Source: Abditibacteriaceae bacterium
GTDB lineage: Bacteria; Armatimonadota; Abditibacteriia; Abditibacteriales; Abditibacteriaceae
Direction of reading: 5' to 3'
DNA length: 64,000 nt
Assembly: GCA_965277285.1 (NCBI GenBank)
Contig: OZ255721.1
Location: 864,001-928,000 of the forward strand
Under the pieces are notes generated by a model. That model saw nothing but the letters and a program-made list of their open reading frames with translations. It ran no database searches and had not been told where the DNA came from. Both the position numbers and the translations under genes were made by a program. Position 1 is the first letter of the stretch. Each line of letters opens with the position of its first letter. This document shows positions 31,021 through 40,758 of this stretch, one piece after another.

Positions 31021-31377
31021 ATGGCATTGCAACCCTCGAAGACGATTGAATCGTTTCCCAACCCACATCCGCAAAACACTTACACCATTCGCTTTCATAC
31101 CGACGAGTTCACGACGCTGTGTCCCCTCACCGGCCAGCCCGATTTCGCGCAAATCACCGTCGAATATGCGCCTGGCGAACGCTGTCTCGAATCGAAGTCG
31201 CTCAAGCAATATCTGTGGAGTTTCCGCGACGAGGGCAACTTCCACGAAGATGTCACCAACATCATTTTGAACGACATGGTGCGCGCCTGCGAACCCCAAT
31301 GGATGACCGTGACAGGCCACTTCAACATTCGCGGCGGCATCGATTTCGTGATTGTTGCCAAACATACGAAAGCATAA
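31021..31377 (+). CDS. queF: PreQ0 (7-cyano-7-deazaguanine) reductase
   Basis: FPNP, EFTTLCPLTGQPDFA, ESKSLKQY, FHE, RGGI. Confidence 0.97.
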   Translation: MALQPSKTIESFPNPHPQNTYTIRFHTDEFTTLCPLTGQPDFAQITVEYAPGERCLESKSLKQYLWSFRDEGNFHEDVTNIILNDMVRACEPQWMTVTGHFNIRGGIDFVIVAKHTKA

Positions 31378-31378
31378 C

Positions 31379-31462
31379 GTAGGGACGCAGATTTCTGCGT
31401 CCGGTGATTCAACCCTACACACAAAACTTACACACACCGGACGCAGAAATCTGCGTCCCTAC
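31379..31462. repeat. REP doublet, family B (GTAGGGACGCAGATTTCTGCGTCC)
   Basis: Same REP that surrounds the RAYT gene at 53 kb. Confidence 0.92.
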
Positions 31463-31491
31463 ACATTCGAGTACTCGATTCCCTTTCCCTT

Positions 31492-32682
31492 ATGACATCT
31501 TCCGTTGCTCCGGCTCCTGCAGCCAAATCGCGCTGGCGGCCTTCGCTCGATTGGCTGCTGGTTTTCATCCCGATTTCGTTTGTGCTGCGCTTTGGTTTTC
31601 CCGATCTAAAAACACAGCTTTTCATCACGTCGTGCCTGGCGGTGGTGCCGATTGCGGGTTGGATGGGCAAAGGGACGGAACACCTGGCCGAACACGTCGG
31701 CAGCGGTTTGGGCGCGCTTCTCAGTGCGACTTTTGGCAATGCGGCGGAAATGATTATCGCGTTGATGGCGCTCAGCAAAGGTTTGGGAGACATCGTGAAA
31801 GCGTCCATCACCGGCTCAATTATCGGCAACATTTTGCTGGTTTTTGGATTGTCGATTTTCGCGGGCGGCTTGAAGTATAAAAATCAGAAGTTTCGTCGTT
31901 CCGCCGCGCGCAGTTCTTCGACTTCGCTTTTGCTGGCGGCGATTGCGCTCGTCATTCCGACAGTTTTTCATCATGTCGCCGAGAGTGGCGGCGGTTGGAC
32001 GAGCGCCAGCGAACACCATTTGTCGATTGCCATTGCGGTCGTTTTGTTCGCGTCCTACGTCTGCACGCTGGTTTTTTCGCTGATCACGCACCGCGAAATG
32101 TATGTCGCTAAAGTCGAGCACGACGCCGAACAGGAAGCGTGCGCCGCCGACGAAGAAAGCGGTCACGAACGCTGGAGCAAGGGCAAAGCGATTGGCGTTT
32201 TAGTCGCGGCCACGCTCGCCGTAACCGTGATGTCGGAGTTCTTGACGAGCACCGTTGAAGCCGCGCGCGTTTCGCTGGGCCTAACAGAAGTGTTCGTCGG
32301 CGTGATCGTCGTCGCCATTATTGGCAACGCGGCGGAAAATTCGTCGGCGATTTTGATGGCCTTGCGCAACAAAATGGATTTGAGCCTGGGCATCGCCATC
32401 GGTTCAAGTATGCAAATCGCGCTCTTCGTGGCGCCGGTTCTGGTCTTTGCGTCGTATTTGATGGGTCGCCCGATGAGTCTGGAATTCACCACGCCCGAAA
32501 TCGTGGCCGTCATCGTCGCCGTCGTCATCACCAGCCAAATCGCGGGCGATGGCGAAAGCAACTGGCTCGAAGGCATTCAACTTTTGTCGGTTTATCTCGT
32601 GCTGGCGATTTTGTTTTTCTTTCTGCCAGAAACGCATCAAGTCGCGCAAAACGCAATGACGCAAAACGCCGTCGCGCATTGA
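31492..32682 (+). CDS. Ca2+/H+ antiporter (CAX/ChaA family)
   Basis: [41 protein letters not shown]. Confidence 0.95.
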   Translation: MTSSVAPAPAAKSRWRPSLDWLLVFIPISFVLRFGFPDLKTQLFITSCLAVVPIAGWMGKGTEHLAEHVGSGLGALLSATFGNAAEMIIALMALSKGLGDIVKASITGSIIGNILLVFGLSIFAGGLKYKNQKFRRSAARSSSTSLLLAAIALVIPTVFHHVAESGGGWTSASEHHLSIAIAVVLFASYVCTLVFSLITHREMYVAKVEHDAEQEACAADEESGHERWSKGKAIGVLVAATLAVTVMSEFLTSTVEAARVSLGLTEVFVGVIVVAIIGNAAENSSAILMALRNKMDLSLGIAIGSSMQIALFVAPVLVFASYLMGRPMSLEFTTPEIVAVIVAVVITSQIAGDGESNWLEGIQLLSVYLVLAILFFFLPETHQVAQNAMTQNAVAH

Positions 32683-32684
32683 TT

Positions 32685-32785
32685 GTAGGGGCGAGCCGCT
32701 GGCTCGCCCTTTCCTGTCACTTGCCCTTTGGTTCACTTGATTTTCGGTTCGCGCAATTTCGGGCGAGCCAGCGGCTTGCCCCTAC
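32685..32785. repeat. REP doublet, family C
   Basis: GTAGGGGCGAGCCGCTGGCTCGCCC..GGGCGAGCCAGCGGCTTGCCCCTAC. Confidence 0.85.
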
Positions 32786-32788
32786 GTT

Positions 32789-33433
32789 ATGACTTCGAGT
32801 ACTCGATTGCAGCCATTAGCGCGCAATTTTTATCTGCAGCCAACCGCCCAAGTCGCGCAAAATCTGCTCGGACATTATCTTCTGCGGCGCATCGGCGACC
32901 AATTGTGCGGCGGATTGATTGTCGAAACCGAAGCGTATTTAGTGGACGATCCTTCGTGTCACGCGTATGTGAGAAAATCGCCGCGCAATGCCTCGATGTG
33001 GGGCGAAATGGGGCGCGCTTACGTTTATCAAATTTATGGCGCGCACTTTTGCTTTAACGCGGTTTGCCAAGTTGAAGGAACAGCCGAAGCGGTTCTCGTG
33101 CGCGCCATTGAGCCAACGTTTGACGTTGAAACGATGCAGCAATTTCGCACAGCGAAAACCTTGCGCGATTTGACGAATGGCCCGGCCAAGTTTTGTCAGG
33201 CATTAAATATCACCAAAGCGCTGGATGGCGTTGACCTTTGCGACATCGATTCGCCGCTTTTTATCGCGCAAAATCCTGAACGCGAAGAAGCGCTTCGAGT
33301 ACTCGAACCTGTGATTACGACGACGCGCATTGGCATCACCAAAGCGGTTGATTGGCCGCTGCGCTTTTATTTAGACAAAAGCGAATATGTGTCGCGGCGC
33401 GTTAAAAGAACCCAGAGCATCAGCGACGGGTGA
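32789..33433 (+). CDS. mpg: DNA-3-methyladenine glycosylase (MPG)
   Basis: IVETEAY...D..CHA, AYVY.IYG, AVLVRAIEP, LTNGPAK, RIGIT. Confidence 0.95.
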   Translation: MTSSTRLQPLARNFYLQPTAQVAQNLLGHYLLRRIGDQLCGGLIVETEAYLVDDPSCHAYVRKSPRNASMWGEMGRAYVYQIYGAHFCFNAVCQVEGTAEAVLVRAIEPTFDVETMQQFRTAKTLRDLTNGPAKFCQALNITKALDGVDLCDIDSPLFIAQNPEREEALRVLEPVITTTRIGITKAVDWPLRFYLDKSEYVSRRVKRTQSISDG

Positions 33434-33488
33434 AATTATACCGACATCAAACTATTAGTTCACCCGTCGCTGATGCTCTGGGTTCTTT
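33405..33488. repeat. 30-bp inverted repeat overlapping the mpg 3' end
   Basis: AAAGAACCCAGAGCATCAGCGACGGGTGAA..TTCACCCGTCGCTGATGCTCTGGGTTCTTT. Confidence 0.85.
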
Positions 33489-33560
33489 GTGCCATCATTC
33501 CCGCGCCGTGCTAAACTGCCCGCCCGACTTCAATCCCGTTTCGAGTACTCGATAACCATT

Positions 33561-34559
33561 ATGGAAGAACAACTCGCGCAACTGGAAACGCGCGCCACAC
33601 ACGACATTTCAAACGCCAAAACGCTCACGGAATTGGACGCCGCGCGCGTGCAGTTCATGGGCAAAAAAGGCGAACTGACCAGCATTTTGCGCGGCATGGG
33701 ACAAGTTTCCGCCGAAGATCGCCCGCGTATCGGAAGTCTTGTCAACACCACGCGCGAAACGTTGGAATCACTTTTAGACAATCGCAAAACCGCTTTGGCG
33801 CAGGCCGAACGCGACGCGGCATTGTCATCGGAAACCATTGATGTGACGTTGCCCGCGTCCGCGATGCCGTTTGGCAAGCGCCATCCTTTGACGCAAACAA
33901 TGGACGACATCGTGCGCATTTTTTCGCAGTTGGGCTACGGCGTGATGGAAGGCCCCGAAGTCGAAACCGAATATTACAACTTCGATGCGCTCAACATCGG
34001 GCCGGATCATCCCGCGCGCGATGAACGCGATTCGCTGTATGTCGCGCCCGGCATCGTGCTGCGCACCGAAACGTCCGCCGTGCAAATTCGCACCATGGAA
34101 AGCCGCCAGCCGCCCGTCAAAATTATCGCGCCGGGTCGCGTTTACAGGCGCGATGCCGTTGATCGCACGCATTCGCCGATGTTTCATCAAGTTGAAGGTT
34201 TGTTGGTTGACCGCGACGTGAGTTTCGCCGATTTGAAAGGCACGCTCACCACGTTTTTGACACAGCTTTTTGATGCCTTACCTGGTTCCGGCGGCTTAAA
34301 AACGCGCTTTCGCCCGCACTATTTCCCGTTCACCGAACCCAGTGCCGAGTTCGATGTATTCTTCAACGGCGGCTGGCTGGAACTGGGCGGCTGCGGCATG
34401 GTTCATCCCAAAGTGCTGGAAAACGTCGGCTACGACGCGGAAAAATATACAGGTTTCGCGTTCGGTTTCGGCATCGAGCGCATGGCGATGATCAAGTTCG
34501 GCATCGACGATATTCGCCTGTTCTACGAAAATGATCTGCGATTCCTCAACCAATTCTAA
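33561..34559 (+). CDS. pheS: Phenylalanine-tRNA ligase alpha subunit
   Basis: NFDALN...HPARD, HSPMFHQVEG, FPFTEPS, GFAFGFGIER. Confidence 0.99.
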   Translation: MEEQLAQLETRATHDISNAKTLTELDAARVQFMGKKGELTSILRGMGQVSAEDRPRIGSLVNTTRETLESLLDNRKTALAQAERDAALSSETIDVTLPASAMPFGKRHPLTQTMDDIVRIFSQLGYGVMEGPEVETEYYNFDALNIGPDHPARDERDSLYVAPGIVLRTETSAVQIRTMESRQPPVKIIAPGRVYRRDAVDRTHSPMFHQVEGLLVDRDVSFADLKGTLTTFLTQLFDALPGSGGLKTRFRPHYFPFTEPSAEFDVFFNGGWLELGGCGMVHPKVLENVGYDAEKYTGFAFGFGIERMAMIKFGIDDIRLFYENDLRFLNQF

Positions 34560-34679
34560 TTCGAGTACTGCTTTCTCCAACCAACCGCGCGCGGAAGCAA
34601 GCGGGCTTCTATCAGCGATGATGTAACTCAACAAGCCCGCTTGCTTCCGCGCGGCTGATTGAACATCCTCTTATTTCCT

Positions 34680-36701
34680 ATGCGAATTTCTTCCCAATGG
34701 CTCGGCGATTACGTCGCGGTGCCCGAAAACGACGCGCTCGCGCACTTGTTTGAAATGGCTGGTTTGGGCGTCGAAAACCGTGATAATGATGTGTTTTCGC
34801 TTGAAGTCACCTCCAATCGTGGCGATTGCTTGAGCGCCGTTGGAATTGCGCGCGAAATTGCGGCGATGACCGGCAAAACCTCGCGCCTTCCCAACCCGAA
34901 AATCGAGGACGAAGCGAGCGCGCCGTCGGCGACCGTCGAAATCGAAAACGCGGAAGATTGTCCGCGTTACGCGTGTCGTTTGATTGAAAATGTTCAGCTT
35001 GGCGCCTCGCCCGATTGGATGCAACAGCGACTTATCGAATGCGGAATGCGACCTTTGAACGTTGTCGTGGACATCACCAATTACGTGATGTTGGAGTTGG
35101 GTCAGCCTTTGCACGCCTTTGACGCAGATCGAGTACTCGATTCGCAAGTTGTGGTGCGTCGCGCGCGCGCTGGAGAAAAGTTGACGACTTTGGATGATGT
35201 CGAACGCGAACTGAACCCCGAAGTTTTGCTAATCGCTGACCGAGAAAAAGCGATTGGAATTGCGGGCGTGATGGGTGGGCGCGATTCGGAAATCACGGAA
35301 AATACGCGTCGCATTTTGCTGGAAAGCGCGCATTTCGCTCCTTCACGCGTGCGTCGTGGCGCGCGTTCACTGGGCTTGAATACTGAAGCCAGCCGTCGTT
35401 TTGAACGCACCGTTGACCCGAACGGCGTTCTGCGCGCCCTCAATCGCGCAGCGGAACTTTTGGTTCAACACGCGAATGGAAAATTGACGGGCGCGCCAGT
35501 TGATATGAACCTGAAACCGATTTCAGCGCAGCAAATTACATTGCGCGTCGCGCGCTGCAACGCGGTTTTAGGCTTGAAACTGTCGAGCGAAACGGTCGCG
35601 CAAACGCTGGAGAAGTTGACTTTCAAAGTAACGCCGCAAAGCGAAGGTGTTTTGCAGGTGACAGTTCCCACGTTTCGCGCCGACATCACGCGCGAAATCG
35701 ATTTGATTGAAGAAGTCGCGCGCATTTACGGCTACGACAAAGTCCCGACGACCTTGCCGCGCGGCGTCAATCCGACAGCGGGAAGAAGCTTGTCGCAACG
35801 CTTGGAAGAACGTGCCAAAAGCGCGGTTTTGCGCTGCGGCTTGAACGAAATCGTCACACTTTCGATGACCAATGGCGCGGCGCACGAACGCGCCGGTTTG
35901 CCGCTCGAAAAAGCTGTGACGTTGCGCAATCCCCTTTCGGAAGATTTCACGCAATTGCGCACCAGCCTCCTTCCCAGCTTGCTCGATGTCTTGTCAAAAA
36001 ATCGTCTGAGCGGCGCACGCGTCTTCGAGTTGGGGCGCGTTTATCTGCCGCAAGAAGGTCAGGCGCAACCGAGCGAATGTCGACGTTTGGGAATGGCAAT
36101 CATGGACGCAGCGAGCGGTTCGCGCGGCGATTCGAGTACTCGTTCGACCGATTTCTTCGCCTTAAAAGCCGTTGTGAAAACCGCGTTATGGGAATTGGGC
36201 GCGCCGAAAATCCATTTTCGCCAGGCGACACGCGCACCGTTTCATCCGGGACGCTGCGCCGTTTTGTCGATTGACAGCCAGGACATCGGCGTGATGGGCG
36301 AAGTGCATCCTGAAATCCGCGCGCGCTACGACTTGTCGCAACGCGCTTACATCGCGGTTTTGGACTTCGACATCGTGGCGCGTCACGTCGATCTGCTGAA
36401 ACCTTACGCGCCGATCTCGCGTTTTCCTCTGGTCGAGCGCGACCTCGCTCTGGTCTTGAACGATGACGTTGCCGCCGCGCGCGTCGAAAGCACGTTGCGC
36501 AACGCGGGCGGCGAATTGTTGCGCGAAGCTCGCGTTTTCGATGTTTACAAAGGCGCACCGATTCCCGAAACGCAGAAAAGCATGGCGATTGCGCTGCGTT
36601 TTCAATCGAACGACCGCACCTTGAAAGACGAAGAAGTCGAAGAATTGATGACGCGCTTGCGCCAAGCCGCACAAACCGAACTGGGCGCGACGTTGCGCTA
36701 A
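34680..36701 (+). CDS. pheT: Phenylalanine-tRNA ligase beta subunit (short form)
   Basis: EVTSNRGDCLS, VDITNYVMLELGQPLHAFD, DLIEEVARIYGY, RFP.VERDL, FDVYKG. Confidence 0.97.
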   Translation: MRISSQWLGDYVAVPENDALAHLFEMAGLGVENRDNDVFSLEVTSNRGDCLSAVGIAREIAAMTGKTSRLPNPKIEDEASAPSATVEIENAEDCPRYACRLIENVQLGASPDWMQQRLIECGMRPLNVVVDITNYVMLELGQPLHAFDADRVLDSQVVVRRARAGEKLTTLDDVERELNPEVLLIADREKAIGIAGVMGGRDSEITENTRRILLESAHFAPSRVRRGARSLGLNTEASRRFERTVDPNGVLRALNRAAELLVQHANGKLTGAPVDMNLKPISAQQITLRVARCNAVLGLKLSSETVAQTLEKLTFKVTPQSEGVLQVTVPTFRADITREIDLIEEVARIYGYDKVPTTLPRGVNPTAGRSLSQRLEERAKSAVLRCGLNEIVTLSMTNGAAHERAGLPLEKAVTLRNPLSEDFTQLRTSLLPSLLDVLSKNRLSGARVFELGRVYLPQEGQAQPSECRRLGMAIMDAASGSRGDSSTRSTDFFALKAVVKTALWELGAPKIHFRQATRAPFHPGRCAVLSIDSQDIGVMGEVHPEIRARYDLSQRAYIAVLDFDIVARHVDLLKPYAPISRFPLVERDLALVLNDDVAAARVESTLRNAGGELLREARVFDVYKGAPIPETQKSMAIALRFQSNDRTLKDEEVEELMTRLRQAAQTELGATLR

Positions 36702-36818
36702 ATTGTCGTTTGTAGGGGCGAGCCGCTGGCTCGCCCTTTCGTTTTCACACAATCGAGTACTCGATCCTTTAGAATCCGTTTGCATCGCAGAAAACAACGT
36801 TTTTTCAACGTTGGAAAG

Positions 36819-36900
36819 GTGACAGTTTGTCATTCTGAGTGAAACGAAGAATCTGGCTGAAGTTAGATTCTTCGTTTCACTCAGAATGACAAACTGTCAC
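36819..36900. repeat. REP-like inverted repeat, family A variant
   Basis: GTCATTCTGAGTGAAACGAAGAATCT..AGATTCTTCGTTTCACTCAGAATGAC (both arms changed together). Confidence 0.88.
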
Positions 36901-36952
36901 TTTTCACATATCTCAAACCAATTTATAGAATAAATCGTGTGCTGAGGAATTT

Positions 36953-38002
36953 ATGCGTTCTGCCAAAGTATTCGTTTTCTGTTTGCTGGCGCTCGCCGTT
37001 CCACTCAAAGCGGCGCCAATCGACGTACCGCAAGGCGATCTCGAAGCCTTCGATACGGCGCCCGCGAGCCTTTTGCCGCCAGTGCCCGCGTCGCAGCGTT
37101 TGGTTGGCGTGGCTTATACGACGTGGCATCAATCTACTAAGTGGACAAACGTGTGGGGAACGCCGCAAGGTGGTTTCTACAAGTCCGATGATCGCGCTGT
37201 GATTTGGCGTCATGGCGAGGAATTGGCCGCTGCTGGCGTCGATTTTCTGTGGATCGATTGGTCGAATGACATCGGCTACGTTTACAATCCGGCGACGCCA
37301 CGTCCCGATTTCGACATGATCGAAGGCGCGACATTCACAGTCTTCGATGAGTTCGCCGCCATGCGCCGCGAAGGGAAAAAGACGCCCAATATCAGCCTCT
37401 TTCTGGGCACTCCCGACATCGTGCAAGCCGCTGCTGACGGTCGCTTGCAGCGCAAGGCCGACCAGATTTGGAACCAGTTCGTCGCCAATCCGCTTTATCG
37501 TCCTCTGGTGCAACAACTCGATGGCAAGCCTTTGCTGGTCGTTTATGCCGGCACGCCGTCGCCCGTGCAAAACGGCGTGCCGCAATGGAACGATCCACGT
37601 TTCACCGTGCGCTGGATGACCGGTTTCATCACGCAGCAACACGCGTTGATGACGCCGAACCTGGTCAGCAAATATGGTTATTGGTCGTGGGAAGATCGCG
37701 GGCCGCAAACGTATGCGGTCGTCAACGGCCAGCCCGAAGCGATGACGATTGTCGCCACCTGGCGCGATGACGCGGAATCGCGCACGCCAGGACGACACAA
37801 TGGCGAAACGTTTCGCCGCGAATGGGAACGCGCCCGCAAAATCGGGCCGAAGTTCGCTCTGGTCGTTTCGTGGAACGAATGGACGCGCGGCGAGCAACCC
37901 AGCGCCGAAATCAGCAAAGACCTTGAACCCTCGCGCGAATTTGGCCGCTTCTACCTCGATCTGCTGGGGAAAGAAATCGCGCTTTTCAAGAACGGGAAAT
38001 AA
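36953..38002 (+). CDS. Secreted glycoside hydrolase, GH99/GH71-like
   Basis: Signal peptide; VAY.TWH, Y.S.D..VI..H..L..AGVDF..IDW, SWNEW.E. Confidence 0.65.
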   Translation: MRSAKVFVFCLLALAVPLKAAPIDVPQGDLEAFDTAPASLLPPVPASQRLVGVAYTTWHQSTKWTNVWGTPQGGFYKSDDRAVIWRHGEELAAAGVDFLWIDWSNDIGYVYNPATPRPDFDMIEGATFTVFDEFAAMRREGKKTPNISLFLGTPDIVQAAADGRLQRKADQIWNQFVANPLYRPLVQQLDGKPLLVVYAGTPSPVQNGVPQWNDPRFTVRWMTGFITQQHALMTPNLVSKYGYWSWEDRGPQTYAVVNGQPEAMTIVATWRDDAESRTPGRHNGETFRREWERARKIGPKFALVVSWNEWTRGEQPSAEISKDLEPSREFGRFYLDLLGKEIALFKNGK

Positions 38003-38099
38003 CCAGAAATTCGCCAATCAAGTACTCAAGTCTTCGAGTACTCGCTATTTTTCATAGTCTCTAATAAAATATAGGCAATTTGGACGAGGTGCGTGAGCA

Positions 38100-39725
38100 A
38101 TGGATATTCAAGTCTTCGAGAATGGAAAACAGTCTTTAGAAGCGATTACAAAGGCCGCCGCAAATGCGCGCAAAATCCTTATCGGCGTTGCTTATATCAC
38201 AAAAAGCGGATTAGATTCGCTGCTCCCCTACTTCACTAAAGATGATGGTCGAAAGATTGTCTTTTTGTGTGGCATTGGTGACCTTAACGCACATGATCCC
38301 GCTGCGTTGAACCACCTGCGACAGTTATCCATTAAAAAGAAATTGGAATTCGCCATTGTACCCGATGCCGCCGGAATTTTTCATCCCAAGTTTTATTTTT
38401 TTGATAACGGGCAAACCGTTGATATTTTCATAGGATCGCCGAACCTAACAGGCCGCGCCTTTTCAAACAACATCGAATGCCTCGTCCATATTTCGGTCAG
38501 CCCTTCACATCCATTTGCCAAAGAGTGTGTAAAGCTGTTTTCTCAATGGCAAGTCAAATCGAAAAATCCAGATACAGCAGTTAGGCACCTTGTACAATTT
38601 GCAGAACGATTGAAAGAAGCAGAGTCGTCGCGGCTGCTATACGAACAGTTTCTCAAAGGTGCATCACCCACCATCTTTGAGCCGACGACAACCACATTCT
38701 CGTCGCAAGATCGCGTTTGCGCGTTAGCTAACAATGGTTTTATCTGCGATACAAACTTCTCGATGTCATCTTTTCATATACCTATTCCTTCACGTCTTAC
38801 TTTGATCTCGACTTCCGGTACCAAAATCAAGCCAAGCGGAATAAAAACGGGTAACTTGGTTGTAGTAGATGGAGGAAAATCAATCTACTGGGATCTCCTC
38901 AATCCCAAGGAAAGACAAGACCTCAAAAAATTGGCATATAGCGCCGGATTTGGCCCTCAGGAATTTGGATTTCGCACTCCTTGGGGCTTCTTCGTTCCCG
39001 AAGAAAAGTTTCCCGAGTGGATAGGGTGGATGAAGCTTACTGATGAAAAAACGCAGGAATTCGTACAAACGTCGCTCAAGAATATCTTAGTCAGGCAGAC
39101 TTCCATTAACACGAAGTTCAAACAAGAATTTCAAGCCCGTTTCCCAAAAGCGAAAAGCGCGCAGGTCACCGAAGCAACGCTCATAGTAAAAGAATCTTTG
39201 GCAGAACTCAAAAAATCTCATCAGCATGAGCGCGCTTTCAATCCCACATGGCGTCCGACGATGGTGTATTCGTCTGGCCAATGGCTTTCTACACTTGATA
39301 ATTCTGCGTTGTCTCAATACGCGGAGAAAATGGCCGACGCGGTTTTCGTGAACAACTTGGCCGAGTTCGCCATTGAGGCCAGCCGAAAAACGCGAGCGTC
39401 AATCCCGGTTCTAAGTCAGGGAGCAATGAAAACGACTTGTGAATCTGCATTAGGCAAAGCGAAGTCGTGGAACATCTACGGCGATAAAAAGCTGCAAGCG
39501 CAATGCGACGAATTGGATCGCATCATTAAGCGTATGCCTGGCACTCGCTCGCGGTTGAGCAAAGAAGAATTGAAAAAACGTCAAGCAGAAATTGCTCAGA
39601 AGATTGTGAACCTGAACGTCCGTTCTGCGGAAATGACGCAAGAAGTTAACGATTGGAAAGCACTTCCACCGAAAAAGATTTTAGCCAGCTTTATAAGCAC
39701 GCTATCGCCCGATGATAGTCTGTAA
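38100..39725 (+). CDS. Phospholipase D-like (HKD) nuclease-domain protein
   Basis: IGVAYIT.SG, FHPKFYFF....IFIGSPNLT..AF.NNIE in the N-terminus; C-terminus unrecognised. Confidence 0.8.
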   Translation: MDIQVFENGKQSLEAITKAAANARKILIGVAYITKSGLDSLLPYFTKDDGRKIVFLCGIGDLNAHDPAALNHLRQLSIKKKLEFAIVPDAAGIFHPKFYFFDNGQTVDIFIGSPNLTGRAFSNNIECLVHISVSPSHPFAKECVKLFSQWQVKSKNPDTAVRHLVQFAERLKEAESSRLLYEQFLKGASPTIFEPTTTTFSSQDRVCALANNGFICDTNFSMSSFHIPIPSRLTLISTSGTKIKPSGIKTGNLVVVDGGKSIYWDLLNPKERQDLKKLAYSAGFGPQEFGFRTPWGFFVPEEKFPEWIGWMKLTDEKTQEFVQTSLKNILVRQTSINTKFKQEFQARFPKAKSAQVTEATLIVKESLAELKKSHQHERAFNPTWRPTMVYSSGQWLSTLDNSALSQYAEKMADAVFVNNLAEFAIEASRKTRASIPVLSQGAMKTTCESALGKAKSWNIYGDKKLQAQCDELDRIIKRMPGTRSRLSKEELKKRQAEIAQKIVNLNVRSAEMTQEVNDWKALPPKKILASFISTLSPDDSL

Positions 39726-39825
39726 CGCATCCACGTAACCTATCGAGTACTCGATAACGGCAAAAAGCGCGCATTCAAACTAATGAATGCGCGCTTTTTC
39801 GTCAGGGTTTTACGACTTCAGCGTT

Positions 39826-40491
39826 TTAAGACTTCAATTTCGCTTTGAACTTTTGGCGGAACTCAACAATCTCCGGCGCGATGACTTCGGCGCAATACGG
39901 TTCGTTCGGGTGCAGATTGTAATAATTGAAATGATACGCTTCCGCCGTGTAGAAGTTGGTGAACGGTTCGACAGCCGTCACAATCGGGTTTGGCCAAGCG
40001 TGCGAGGCGTTGACTTCCTTGATCGCCTGGCGCGCGATTTTGGCTTGTTCGGCGTTCTGCGCGAAAACCACCGAGCGATATTCCGGGCCGTCGTCGTTGC
40101 CCTGCAAGTTCAACGTCGTCGGGTTGCGCGCGATCAGCATCACTTGCAGCAATTCGCGGTAGGAAATCACTTTCGGGTCATACGTAATTTGAACGGTTTC
40201 AGCGTGACCGGTATCTTTCTGACAAACCTGATCGTACGTCGGCTTGACGACTTGTCCGCCCGCGTAACCTGGCACGACTTTATCGACGCCTTTGAGCTGC
40301 TTAAAAATTGCTTCCATGCTCCAGAAACAGCCAGCAGCCAGCGTTGCGACTTCGCGGCCTTGGGGAACCACGACTTTGGTCGTCGGCGTTGAACCGTTGC
40401 TTTTCGGCCTGGCGCCAACATTTTGCAACCATCCGCCCACCAAAACCATCGCCAGAACGCCCGACAACAAAACCCAACGGAAATTTTTCAT
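39826..40491 (-). CDS. msrA: Peptide-methionine (S)-S-oxide reductase, exported
   Basis: AAGCFWSME, GYAGG, TGHAE.VQI.YDP, QGND.G.EYRS, AE.YH.NYY. Confidence 0.96.
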   Translation of the reverse strand: MKNFRWVLLSGVLAMVLVGGWLQNVGARPKSNGSTPTTKVVVPQGREVATLAAGCFWSMEAIFKQLKGVDKVVPGYAGGQVVKPTYDQVCQKDTGHAETVQITYDPKVISYRELLQVMLIARNPTTLNLQGNDDGPEYRSVVFAQNAEQAKIARQAIKEVNASHAWPNPIVTAVEPFTNFYTAEAYHFNYYNLHPNEPYCAEVIAPEIVEFRQKFKAKLKS

Positions 40492-40758
40492 AAACACCAC
40501 GAACTCCTTTTGTGACAATTGCGACACGCTTCTAAAACACGCGCGCGCGCCGAAAGTTCCCGCTAAAAGTCGCGCCTTTCGAGTACTCGATCGCTGTTTC
40601 TCCATGTTCTCTATTGGTCATTTCATAAGCTAACTTCAGAATAATTCCAGCCGCGAGCGCCGTCTTTTCGAGAACTTAGAGAATTCTCATTCCGTCTTCC
40701 GCGACAGTTCCGAAGGGAACAACGACCAAGCAGAAAAATACACTTTGGAGGAAAAACG

